A stretch of 64,000 nucleotides of DNA from a virus (Duplodnaviria; Caudoviricetes): the IMG/VR virus record IMGVR_UViG_3300025437_000009; one strand, given 5' to 3'. Below, one piece after another: positions 1 through 8,922 of the stretch; the first letter of the stretch is position 1, and the number at the start of each line of letters is the position of its first letter. The notes under the pieces are model-generated. The model was given only the letters and a program-made list of their open reading frames with translations, was not told the origin of the DNA and did no database searches. The translations under genes and the position numbers were made by a program.

Positions 1-757
1 TGATATCATTTAAGATCTGATCAATGAATGCCATGATACGTTTAAAGTCTGCGGCCTTATAATGACTGTAGCCTTCTGTAATTTGCTCGTCGACTTTTTC
101 AAAAGCCAATTTAAGTTCATCAAATCGAACTTGATATACTGCTTCGTACTTACTTAACTGACTCTGTGGAACATTGTTAGCCACAAGAAAATCATAAGGC
201 TTAAACTGGTACTTAGGATCACAAATGAATGCATCGTAGTGGCCTTCAAGTTCGCCGATTGTTTCTGAGGTTTTTTCATTTAGTCTGTCCTGAATAGTTG
301 GTACATAGGCTTTGGGTTTTTCTTCAACAACTTCAACAACAATTTCTTCTGCTGACTTGCTGTTAATACTTTCGAGAATGTTTGCATCAATGAATTCAAT
401 ATGACGTTCTTGTAAGGGCATACCTTGACGATGAGCCATGATAAGTCCACAAGTGGTCATCGATACTGTACGATCCCCGGCACGTTCAAACGCTTTAATC
501 TCTTCTGCGGTAAAGTCTTTGACTTCCTTCATCCAAGCAACAACGTGCTTCTTTAGATCCTTTTGTGTAAAGAAATAATTGTAATAGTTCAAACTACGAC
601 GCATGTGATGATCAAACTCTTCAAAAGACATTGTCTTGGCACGCTCAGTATCCCAGACTGGTTCATTGCCTGTGTACTTTTCATCACCAAACAGGGGATT
701 ACGTGTTGCACGAATCTTTGCTTTGGTTGCCTTGCCATTGATTTTAATATTAGCCAT
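1..757 (-). CDS. Hypothetical phage protein, 3'-truncated by the window edge (MANIKINGKATKAKIRATRNPLFGDEKYTG...)
   Basis: Hand translation of the minus strand from ATG at 757 is open to the window start. The ATG overlaps the stop of the upstream exonuclease gene. It is absent from the ORF track because there is no stop in the window. Confidence 0.8.
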   Translation of the reverse strand, partial: MANIKINGKATKAKIRATRNPLFGDEKYTGNEPVWDTERAKTMSFEEFDHHMRRSLNYYNYFFTQKDLKKHVVAWMKEVKDFTAEEIKAFERAGDRTVSMTTCGLIMAHRQGMPLQERHIEFIDANILESINSKSAEEIVVEVVEEKPKAYVPTIQDRLNEKTSETIGELEGHYDAFICDPKYQFKPYDFLVANNVPQSQLSKYEAVYQVRFDELKLAFEKVDEQITEGYSHYKAADFKRIMAFIDQILNDI

Positions 758-1262
758 TTTGTCTATCTCTCACTAAAGGTTTGTAGGCATACTTATTACC
801 ACGAGCATCGTATAATGCATGATGCGGTTTATGGCCAAAGGCGTCAGCCTCTGCCCAATAATAATCTATTGCTTGTTGATCTAGGTTGCCCCATATATTC
901 ATAGCCCGTATGTTGCTAAACAGTTCTTCTTCTGGAAGTTCTGGAAGTAATTGTAGCATTTTTGCCATTAAATACCAATCGGTATTATAGTCAAAGCAAA
1001 TAGTAACAATATCATCACCATAAAACTTTAACCACTTATTCAGTTTCATCGCAATGCCATAGTAATTATCCACTATGCGTTTTGGATATTCACCTAATAA
1101 AGGGACAACCACTTCACGAACAAAGTCACTGCAACATTCTTGTCTGTACTGCACGCTTTCTGCGTAAAATTCTCGATCATTTTCATCAACCAAACCAATA
1201 GAAATTAAGTCGCACTCTGACTCAGGAAAATCAGTAAATTCGGTATCCAAAAATATCAACAT
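750..1262 (-). CDS. DEDDh 3'-5' exo(ribo)nuclease, DUF5051/Rv2179c-like
   Basis: N-terminal FLDTEFT (ExoI), LISIGLV...REFYAE, and C-terminal HHALYDA (ExoIII) motifs. Confidence 0.8.
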   Translation of the reverse strand: MLIFLDTEFTDFPESECDLISIGLVDENDREFYAESVQYRQECCSDFVREVVVPLLGEYPKRIVDNYYGIAMKLNKWLKFYGDDIVTICFDYNTDWYLMAKMLQLLPELPEEELFSNIRAMNIWGNLDQQAIDYYWAEADAFGHKPHHALYDARGNKYAYKPLVRDRQNG

Positions 1263-1267
1263 ACAGT

Positions 1268-1296
1268 ATTATACATTAATTATCATTTGGTGTCAA
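1268..1296 (-). promoter_or_regulatory. Consensus sigma70-type (early) promoter
   Basis: Minus strand TTGACA (1291-1296), 17 nt, TATAAT (1268-1273) with an extended TG, just upstream of the exonuclease ATG. Confidence 0.85.
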
Positions 1297-1545
1297 TAAC
1301 GTAGCAAAAGTAAGATGTTGCTCCATTAAGTCCAAACGGGCAATCAAATCTGCTTCAATTTCTTGGTACCGTGCTGTGGGCTTGTTAAGCCTGCGACATT
1401 CGACCAATTCACGATCTAACTGATCCCATAGTGCTCTAGCAGGACGCCATAAACGTCGCATATCCTCACGCATATTAGGGGGGATATCAATAATTTGAAA
1501 AAATATAGTATCTAACCGCTTTTTCAGGTCTTGATTGTGATCCAT
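1276..1545 (-). CDS. Hypothetical protein
   Basis: 89-aa helical-looking ORF with its own sigma70 promoter. Confidence 0.7.
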   Translation of the reverse strand: MDHNQDLKKRLDTIFFQIIDIPPNMREDMRRLWRPARALWDQLDRELVECRRLNKPTARYQEIEADLIARLDLMEQHLTFATLLTPNDN

Positions 1546-1551
1546 GCTACT

Positions 1552-1580
1552 ATTATACTATTTTGGCAATTAAGGGTCAA
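1552..1580 (-). promoter_or_regulatory. sigma70-type promoter
   Basis: Minus strand TTGACC (1575-1580), 17 nt, TATAAT (1552-1557). Confidence 0.8.
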
Positions 1581-1586
1581 CTGTAG

Positions 1587-1593
1587 ATAAATA
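1587..1593 (+). promoter_or_regulatory. T4-type late promoter (ATAAATA)
   Basis: GATAAATAT upstream of the SD (AAGGA) of the 1612 ORF. The same motif precedes most structural genes. Confidence 0.7.
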
Positions 1594-1611
1594 TGCTAAT
1601 AAGGATATACT

Positions 1612-3000
1612 ATGCCACGTTTAAGCCTTTGGCAAGATGGAAAACATTCAAATGATTACAAATTTATGGATAGACGCATATCCGAAATGTTTACCATCGG
1701 TGGCACTGGTGTCCTGCTCAACAAATATTTAGGTACCAATCCGCAAGGGTTATTTGTTTCAACTAGTGCCGCACAGTCTGGCCCAGACATTGTATTACAA
1801 TTTAGCAATACCAACGGAATTCAAACAGGAATGTTTGTATATGGTACAAACGTTTCTGCTGGCACAACGGTTACTTCGGTCTCTAGCACATCAATCACAT
1901 TAAATTTGCCAACTACAGGAGCAGTTCCGACTAATACCAGCATTGGATTTAGTGTGGATGCTACACAGCCAGCTTACACAAATCAATCGGCTCTAAACAT
2001 ACAAGACTTGTTATGGACAGAAAATCGTGACCGCAAGTATGACTTAGACGTTTACAAAATGCGCGGAATCTATCAACGTGCCGACCAAGACTTTGATCTA
2101 AGTCAATTTGGTCTATTCTTACAAACTGGAACAATCTTTATGGTGTTTCATTTACGTGACATGGTTGACCAGATTGGTCGTAAGTTAATTGCTGGTGACG
2201 TATTAGAATTAGAGCATCTAAAAGACTATGATGCTCTTAATACTGACTTACCGGCTGCATTAAAGAGATACTATGTAGTTGGTGATGCTAGTTTTGCCGC
2301 AGAAGGCTTTTCACCAACTTGGTGGCCACACTTATGGCGTGTCAAACTTAATCCGCTTGTTGATAGTCAAGAGTATAAAGATATTCTTAACAATATCAAA
2401 GCCGGTGATCCAAATGTTACCAATACCCCAGTGGGTCAGGTCCTGAGTACCTATCAACAATATACTAATCTAAACGAATCTATTGTAACACAAGCAGAAT
2501 TTGATATTCCGCTCAGTGGGTACGACACTAGTTCATTCTATACCTTAGGTGTAAACGAAGATGGTAGCCCGCAGGCTAACCCTATAACTGGTGATAACAC
2601 TAGTATCACAGCCGACCAACTTGACCCAACTGCCGATGCTGGTGTAATGAGTCCTACAAGCAAAATTCAAGGTTACTTAACCGGGGATGGCCGAGCACCG
2701 AACGGATTGGTTACTGGTGCTGGTATTGCTTTCCCAACCAATCCAGCCACTGGAGATTACTTCCTGAGATTAGACTACTTACCAAATCGCTTGTTTAGAT
2801 TTGACGGCTCATTCTGGCGTAAGATTGAAGATGCTGTACGTACTGGCCTAACACCAGGTGCTGCAAATAACTTAACCAACCGTGCTAGTTATGTAAATAA
2901 CACAAACACCTACACTGATGCCGCAGGTCAGGTACATAACGAACGTCAAAATTTAAGTCTAGCACTAACACCACGTGCAGACAATTCAGATAACGAATAG
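1612..3000 (+). CDS. Putative neck/head-closure virion protein (gp14-like position)
   Basis: 462 aa under a late promoter, directly upstream of the gp15-like gene. The function is inferred from synteny. Confidence 0.5.
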   Translation: MPRLSLWQDGKHSNDYKFMDRRISEMFTIGGTGVLLNKYLGTNPQGLFVSTSAAQSGPDIVLQFSNTNGIQTGMFVYGTNVSAGTTVTSVSSTSITLNLPTTGAVPTNTSIGFSVDATQPAYTNQSALNIQDLLWTENRDRKYDLDVYKMRGIYQRADQDFDLSQFGLFLQTGTIFMVFHLRDMVDQIGRKLIAGDVLELEHLKDYDALNTDLPAALKRYYVVGDASFAAEGFSPTWWPHLWRVKLNPLVDSQEYKDILNNIKAGDPNVTNTPVGQVLSTYQQYTNLNESIVTQAEFDIPLSGYDTSSFYTLGVNEDGSPQANPITGDNTSITADQLDPTADAGVMSPTSKIQGYLTGDGRAPNGLVTGAGIAFPTNPATGDYFLRLDYLPNRLFRFDGSFWRKIEDAVRTGLTPGAANNLTNRASYVNNTNTYTDAAGQVHNERQNLSLALTPRADNSDNE

Positions 3001-3008
3001 AGAATAAT

Positions 3009-4382
3009 ATGGCAGTCCAATTTGCTTATGATGCACAAGTACGTAGATTTATAGTACAATTTATACGTATGCTTTCAAATTTCCAAGTAGAATTTGGACA
3101 AGATTCTAGCGGCAACAAAACACTACAAACTGTTCCTATCTACTACGGCGATCAAAGTCGACAAGCATCAATGATTCTACGTGGTAACAGTGAAAACACA
3201 CTCAATGCGGTGCCTGCCATGGCCACATATATCAGTGGATTAACATATGATCGTGATCGTGTATTGAATCCCAGCTTTGAAGGCAGTATTCGTGTTAGGG
3301 AACAAATTTATGATCAGTCCTCGCAGGCCTATACGGGCACACAGGATGGCCTATACACCGTAGAACGCTTAATGCCTGCTCCATACAAATTGACCATGAA
3401 GGTTGATATTTGGACTAGCAATACAGATCAAAAACATCAACTGTTTGAACAAATTGCTCCCTTGTTTAATCCTGCACTTGAAATTCAAAACTCAGACAAC
3501 TATGTTGATTGGGGAAGTTTAAGTGCTGTGTTCTTGACTGATGTTTCATATACAAATCGTAGTGTACCAATGGGCGGTGATGACACTACCATTGATATTA
3601 TGACCATGACATTTGAAATGCCTATTTGGATTAGCTTGCCAAGTAAAGTTAAGAAGATGGGTGTTGTGGCGCAAATTATTGCTAGCTTATATAGTCCAGA
3701 AGGCGGACTAAGTCCAGATGTAATAGAAACCTTAGATGGATTGGTAAGCCAACAAAAATTCAGCCCTATGAATTACGATGTAGTCTACATGGGAAATACC
3801 TTAACACTTTACACAGCCGCTAACGATACCGACGGAGTGGTAAATGGTGCTCCAGCTAAATGGGATGGTTTAGTTAACATTTATGGTCAATTGACCAACG
3901 GTATCAGTCAAGTACGCTTACAGTTTGACCACATCGATGGTCCGCATGAAGTAGTGGGTACTGTAGCTTACGATCCAACTGATAGTTCTAGTTTATTGTT
4001 TACTCCCATTGCCGCAACGTTACCCACAAATACATTAGCGCCAGTTACAGCTATTATCGATCCCCGTAATGTTACAGTTAATAGCAACATTTTAACCCCT
4101 GCAACAGGAACAAGATATTTGATCTTAAATCCAATTGGCGGTGTAGATTCTGAATCTGCTGTAGCATGGGCTGGTCCACCAGGTACCAATTTAATTGCTC
4201 GTGCAAACGATATTATTCAATGGAACGGTAGTTATTGGACTGTGTCTTTTGACAGCACCAATTCTACTGTACAATATGTAACAAATCTAAATACCACAGT
4301 ACAATATTATTGGGATGGTTCAGTTTGGAACAAGAGTGTTGAAGGCTTGTATAAACCCGGCCAATGGAGTTTAGTACTCTAA
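3009..4382 (+). CDS. gp15: Tail terminator / sheath stabiliser, T4 gp15-like, with C-terminal extension
   Basis: The N-terminus F-AYDAQVRRFIVQFIRMLSNFQV resembles the gp15 family start. Also VPIYYG and PAPY-L-MKVDIWT...EQIAP-FNP motifs. Confidence 0.65.
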   Translation: MAVQFAYDAQVRRFIVQFIRMLSNFQVEFGQDSSGNKTLQTVPIYYGDQSRQASMILRGNSENTLNAVPAMATYISGLTYDRDRVLNPSFEGSIRVREQIYDQSSQAYTGTQDGLYTVERLMPAPYKLTMKVDIWTSNTDQKHQLFEQIAPLFNPALEIQNSDNYVDWGSLSAVFLTDVSYTNRSVPMGGDDTTIDIMTMTFEMPIWISLPSKVKKMGVVAQIIASLYSPEGGLSPDVIETLDGLVSQQKFSPMNYDVVYMGNTLTLYTAANDTDGVVNGAPAKWDGLVNIYGQLTNGISQVRLQFDHIDGPHEVVGTVAYDPTDSSSLLFTPIAATLPTNTLAPVTAIIDPRNVTVNSNILTPATGTRYLILNPIGGVDSESAVAWAGPPGTNLIARANDIIQWNGSYWTVSFDSTNSTVQYVTNLNTTVQYYWDGSVWNKSVEGLYKPGQWSLVL

Positions 4383-4813
4383 TGTTAGCAACTAATACCG
4401 AAGGGGTTGGCGCACTAGTCTACGCCAAACACACTAACCGTTATCTTTTCTTGTTAAGAAATAAACATCGTCAGCAGGGTTTCTGGGGTATACCTGGGGG
4501 CAAACTTGAAGCGGGTGAAACTGTAATACAAGGACTGGTTAGAGAAATACAAGAAGAAATTGGGGTCGACTACTCCAAGAAAAAGTTTATCCCTTTAGAA
4601 ACATTTACAGCAGATAACGAAAAATTTGTTTACTATACATTTTTAGTTACAGTGGATCACGAGTTTGTTCCTACACTAAACGACGAACACCGTGGTTATT
4701 GTTGGGTAGAGATGAAAGACCATCCAAAGCCCTTGCATCCAGGACTGTGGCGTAGTTTTAACTTTGATATTATTAAAAAGAAAATTAAGACTTTAGAATC
4801 TATTCTAAATTAA
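4364..4813 (+). CDS. NUDIX hydrolase (true start may be the ATG at 4382)
   Basis: Nudix box GGKLEAGETVIQGLVREIQEEIG. Confidence 0.9.
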   Translation: MEFSTLMLATNTEGVGALVYAKHTNRYLFLLRNKHRQQGFWGIPGGKLEAGETVIQGLVREIQEEIGVDYSKKKFIPLETFTADNEKFVYYTFLVTVDHEFVPTLNDEHRGYCWVEMKDHPKPLHPGLWRSFNFDIIKKKIKTLESILN

Positions 4814-5223
4814 CTGCTGGCCAATAGTATTTCAATTAGTTGACTACCAGAGTCTACTGTAGAACTTTCAATTGCACGTCCAATAATTGATCCTGTTGAC
4901 ATAGACCAACCTGGAATATTGTTAGCTAGATTAGTAGCACTTACTCCTCTACCAGATGCCCCGATCATAATTAAATCACCCTGCGCAACTGGCACATCCA
5001 CTTCAATTTGAATGCGACCAGCAACAGCCACTAATACAACATTTGAGCCTGTTAGATCAGCGTTTAGTACCTGTTCTGCTGTGTCTGTTACTACTCCAGC
5101 GATAGCTGTAGTCTGTGCTTGACCAGATGCTGTGGTCACTTCATTGTTACCGCCAAATATTACTGGAGTTCCTGGACCGTATGATGCATCTGCTTGAAAT
5201 TTTACTGCTAGTGTAGCTGACAT
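4810..5223 (-). CDS. Stand-alone copy of the fibre C-terminal chaperone-like (Peptidase_G2-like) domain
   Basis: Aligns by eye along its length with the C-termini of 5975-7516 and 8923-9924 (PGT-V-FGG--EVT...AGVV...GR...GDL...IGRA-E). Confidence 0.6.
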   Translation of the reverse strand: MSATLAVKFQADASYGPGTPVIFGGNNEVTTASGQAQTTAIAGVVTDTAEQVLNADLTGSNVVLVAVAGRIQIEVDVPVAQGDLIMIGASGRGVSATNLANNIPGWSMSTGSIIGRAIESSTVDSGSQLIEILLASS

Positions 5224-5227
5224 TATA

Positions 5228-5974
5228 TTATCCTATATCTGCTTCAAGGACAAAATCACGATATGTAATTTGTCTAAAGTTAATTAATGGTGTTAATTGA
5301 TCGTGTATCCAATGTGTTGAGTCTGGCATTACTCGAACAAACTCAACGTTACTATAAGTCGTAACCACATCAGACAATGATAATATAAAAGCTACACCGT
5401 TGTCAGTGTCAGTGCTTGCAGGGTAGCCATTTGTGTCTGAGTAGACGTTATTTACAGGTTCAACATCTTGGTAATGGTCGTAACCTAGCAAGAATACTTT
5501 TTTATGTCCGTCAAAACAAGCTAGGTATGCTGCTAGTGCGCCGGCATCAAATTGAATATTTTGTGGTACCAGATAAAACTTTCCAGGATATTTTAACATT
5601 TGATCAGCAGTGGTATAAACAATATTAGCATCTGCATAACCAGAATTAGCAATTTCCTGTGTGATAGCATCACCGGTGGCAACTAAGAAGTCTGGAGTAA
5701 AGTCTCTATAGAGTGCATTACAACCATAACTTTGCAATTTGTCGGCACCAAGTACTCCGCCACGATGGCGAGCAATATGACCTAGATCAAACCCTAAGCG
5801 GCTTGTCCCGTTGCCAATTGCAACTGCTTGGTTAGTGGTGTGAGTGTTGATAACAGAGTTTGGTACAAATTCTGTTTCAGGATTCCATTCGCCGTCAGCT
5901 AGTGTAAGCTGAGTAACAATGTTTTCACCAGCGTAGTTTGATCGGTAAATCTGCTTTAGTTTTTGCTGTGCCAT
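5228..5974 (-). CDS. Maf/DUF115 (MptE-like) glycosyltransferase-like protein
   Basis: AVAIGNGTSR, YGCNALYRDFTPDFLVA, GALAAYLA..GHKKVFLLGYD motifs typical of this fold. Confidence 0.55.
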   Translation of the reverse strand: MAQQKLKQIYRSNYAGENIVTQLTLADGEWNPETEFVPNSVINTHTTNQAVAIGNGTSRLGFDLGHIARHRGGVLGADKLQSYGCNALYRDFTPDFLVATGDAITQEIANSGYADANIVYTTADQMLKYPGKFYLVPQNIQFDAGALAAYLACFDGHKKVFLLGYDHYQDVEPVNNVYSDTNGYPASTDTDNGVAFILSLSDVVTTYSNVEFVRVMPDSTHWIHDQLTPLINFRQITYRDFVLEADIG

Positions 5975-7516
5975 TTAAAATCTTCCCACGACCACTTCTA
6001 TGGTCTTTATAGTATTAGTATTTATCGATTCTAGTGCTTTACCCACCACACAACCAGGTATAAATTGATCGTTGCTGATAGCTTGAGCTACTCCAACAGT
6101 TGTACTAGTAACTAAAACTTGGCCCTTTGTAACTGGGCCCTGTACTTGGCACGGAACACGTCCTGTCATTGCTACTGGTAAACCCGGGGTTGATCCGTTC
6201 ATTAGATAAGCAGGATTAGTGGATATAACACCAGCAACTCGTGGATCATGGCTTTGTGTAGTTACTGTAATTTCTTGTTCTCCACCAAATACTACTACAG
6301 TACCTGGTGAGTATTCCGCATCTGCGGTGTAATTTTCTGCTAAGTCAGCGTACTGTGCGTGAATAGCTGTGCCGTATACTGTTGACCACCAAGCAGTAGT
6401 TGATCCCAAATTATAAGTAACGTTAGCTGACGGTATAATATTTTGACCGGTTAGTGTAGTGGATATTGTTGCTCCGCCGTTAGCAGTATTAGCCAATGTC
6501 ATGACTTGTGTACCACCTGCAGAAAACTGCATTTGATCGCCTGTTACTGCATATAAAATACGACCGCGGTAATCAGCATTTGGTAAACCAAAATCCACAA
6601 TACCGCCGGTTGATGGTGTTGCAGTAAGTCTAATTTGTGCATAGTTGCTGTTTGTCCCAGCAAATACACCAGTGGTAGTCGGATAACCGCCAATGTAGTT
6701 TGTTACGCCAAGACCATAAATTGGAGACGTTCCTATACCAACGTTTCCTGTTGATAAACTAGTTAATGTTCCCAAACTTGTGATATTAGGTTGTGAAGCT
6801 GTACTTAGTGTGCCACTCAATGTAGTTGCTGATACAGTACTAGCCGAAATACCACTACTAACATATAAATTACCACCTATGCCAGTACCACCTTGTACCA
6901 CTAATGCACCAGTAGTAGATGATGTTGATGTAGTAGTTGCACCAACAACTACGTTGCCGCCTAGAGGATTAAGAATAATTGGATAGTATGTTGCATTTCC
7001 TGAATATCCACTTTGTATCCATTGTCCGTATTGATTAGCAGCACCATTACCCGGATATTGGCCTAATGTTAAGTAGTTGGATCCAGATCCGCTTAAAACT
7101 GTGTGAGCACCAACCAGTATTGACCCCGCTGTTGGGGCAAACTGTGATCCACTTAGTATCTGATGTTGAATTGTACTGCTGGTAGTACCTGCGTTTAAGT
7201 TGCCTGTGATTCCAACTCCGCCCAAGACTTGGAATGTACCCGAAGTTGTTGAGGTTGAACTAATGCCACTGTTTGCTACTACTGTGTTATTGGCACTATA
7301 GTACAACAAGTTAGCGGCAGCAAATGTTCCACTACTGTTATACTGAATTTGAGTTGTTACACCCGATGCACTTCCACCGCCACCGCCTGTGCTGATAACA
7401 TAGCCGTTGCCTGCCCAAAATAGTCCTGTGGTAGTGTAAATACCGCCGCCAAGAGTCACATTGGAGTTGACTATTAGATTACCAAATACTTGTGTGCCGG
7501 ACTGTAGTTTTGCCAT
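5975..7516 (-). CDS. Tail fibre/spike-like protein with C-terminal intramolecular-chaperone (Peptidase_G2-like) domain
   Basis: G/T/S-rich beta repeats (TTGALVVQGGTGIGG), with a C-terminal domain starting ADLAENY. Confidence 0.7.
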   Translation of the reverse strand: MAKLQSGTQVFGNLIVNSNVTLGGGIYTTTGLFWAGNGYVISTGGGGGSASGVTTQIQYNSSGTFAAANLLYYSANNTVVANSGISSTSTTSGTFQVLGGVGITGNLNAGTTSSTIQHQILSGSQFAPTAGSILVGAHTVLSGSGSNYLTLGQYPGNGAANQYGQWIQSGYSGNATYYPIILNPLGGNVVVGATTTSTSSTTGALVVQGGTGIGGNLYVSSGISASTVSATTLSGTLSTASQPNITSLGTLTSLSTGNVGIGTSPIYGLGVTNYIGGYPTTTGVFAGTNSNYAQIRLTATPSTGGIVDFGLPNADYRGRILYAVTGDQMQFSAGGTQVMTLANTANGGATISTTLTGQNIIPSANVTYNLGSTTAWWSTVYGTAIHAQYADLAENYTADAEYSPGTVVVFGGEQEITVTTQSHDPRVAGVISTNPAYLMNGSTPGLPVAMTGRVPCQVQGPVTKGQVLVTSTTVGVAQAISNDQFIPGCVVGKALESINTNTIKTIEVVVGRF

Positions 7517-7532
7517 AGTTTAGTATTTATCG

Positions 7533-8465
7533 TTATAGACCGTTGGTTGGTAGGCCGTATCTAGTGGCAAAATAATTGTAGTTGTTTAATTGTTCTGCGG
7601 CGGTTAATTGTCTATTGTATAAGGCAACTGCGGCAATGTTACCACGAAAATCGCGAAGATCTCCGCTGTAACCTTCTGTGCCCAAATAGTAAGCAAAGTT
7701 GCCGGCAAATGCTCCATTTGTTGTATTGGTTCTTGCACCACCTAAAACGTTCCACCCAGATGCCAAGTTAGCATTAGTAGTGGTTGCTACACCGTTGATA
7801 TAGTAAGTAGTTGTGCTGTTGGCCCAGCCATCATTGTTGTCTGGGTTTATTGTTTGCCAAGGTCCAGTTCCATTGGCATTTTGAAGACGCAGGCTCTTGT
7901 CACTACTGGTAGCATCTGTACTAGAACCGATTAATCCCACTAACCCGCTTGATGTAGATAGAGTAAAGTCAGGTTGAAATACTATGGTACAATCAAGATA
8001 ATTTTGTGTCACTGTTGTACTAATAAAGTTACCAGAGCCTGCGGTAGGGAAACGCCAGTAACTGGATTCACTGTAGGGACCGGCACTGGTCCAAGTTACA
8101 GTACCATTCATTGTGGCATTATTGTTAGCTGTTAAATCAAATACAGGAACACTATTGCCTGTGGTTACGCCGTTACCATTAAAACTGCTTAATTTACCAG
8201 CGTCTATGTAAGCTATTAATCCATTGGTTACTAGCATGCCAGTAACTTCATCGAACTGTCCGGCAACCTGTAAGTTACCTGATCGAAAATGTCGCATTGC
8301 TGAACCACCACCTTGATTAGTAACTTCATCTAATAAGGCAGCATAGACCACATTACCACGTGTGCTGATAGTTGACTGCGTAACTTCGTCGAAGTAACCG
8401 TTGTAACCATTGGTTATTAGATTACCAGTTTTAGTTAACCTGGTTGTAAGAATCTTAGCCATCAA
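7533..8465 (-). CDS. LamG/concanavalin-A-like lectin-domain virion protein (likely start ATG 8462)
   Basis: LIAYIDAG...and FRGNIAAVALYNRQLTAAEQLNNYNY are LamG-type signatures. The N-terminus has FDEVT repeats. Confidence 0.7.
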   Translation of the reverse strand: MMAKILTTRLTKTGNLITNGYNGYFDEVTQSTISTRGNVVYAALLDEVTNQGGGSAMRHFRSGNLQVAGQFDEVTGMLVTNGLIAYIDAGKLSSFNGNGVTTGNSVPVFDLTANNNATMNGTVTWTSAGPYSESSYWRFPTAGSGNFISTTVTQNYLDCTIVFQPDFTLSTSSGLVGLIGSSTDATSSDKSLRLQNANGTGPWQTINPDNNDGWANSTTTYYINGVATTTNANLASGWNVLGGARTNTTNGAFAGNFAYYLGTEGYSGDLRDFRGNIAAVALYNRQLTAAEQLNNYNYFATRYGLPTNGL

Positions 8466-8837
8466 TTACCCAAAGATAGTATCGAGGCTGTTGGTTGTAC
8501 TATTGAACATTTGATAAACGGCGCTGGTGGTATTTCCAGACCACGTAAAGTCCACACGATTATTGACAAACACATTGCCCATTGTTAAATTGCCGTAACT
8601 TGTTACAGCAACGTTGGTGTTGGTAACTCCAGTACTACTTGTAAGAGCCACCACAACACTCTGTTGAGATTCTGACCAGTAAAGTGCTACGTTTGATACC
8701 AGACCGTTGGCGCGGTTAAATATGAATCCTACGTCTACGTTAGCCTGTGTTGAAGCTTGATGCAATACTGTCAAGGGATCTAAAAAATACTCTATATTAG
8801 TATCTAAATCCCAAATTTTTGGTCTAGTTAATCCCAT
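8466..8837 (-). CDS. Small virion/fibre-associated protein
   Basis: 123 aa, with a late promoter at 8862-8868 and SD AGGA. Confidence 0.65.
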   Translation of the reverse strand: MGLTRPKIWDLDTNIEYFLDPLTVLHQASTQANVDVGFIFNRANGLVSNVALYWSESQQSVVVALTSSTGVTNTNVAVTSYGNLTMGNVFVNNRVDFTWSGNTTSAVYQMFNSTTNSLDTIFG

Positions 8838-8873
8838 TTGTTTACGTCCTGTTTTATTATGTATTTATCGCCA

Positions 8874-8904
8874 AACAAAAAGCGCACTCGAGTGCGCTTT
8901 TGTT
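8874..8904 (-). terminator. Intrinsic terminator
   Basis: AAAAGCGCAC-TCGA-GTGCGCTTTT hairpin with T-runs on both strands, downstream of 8923-9924. Confidence 0.85.
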
Positions 8905-8922
8905 ACATATTTTAGTAAATGT

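Noticed and set aside
563-904. 113-aa plus-strand ORF
   Set aside because: It lies antisense to two convincing minus-strand genes and has no motifs, so it is a shadow ORF.
8460-8468. In-frame abutting ORFs 8466-8837 and 7533-8465 as a stop read-through fusion
   Set aside because: The stop is TAA and an ATG follows two codons later. Simple translational coupling, as at 5974/5975, explains it.
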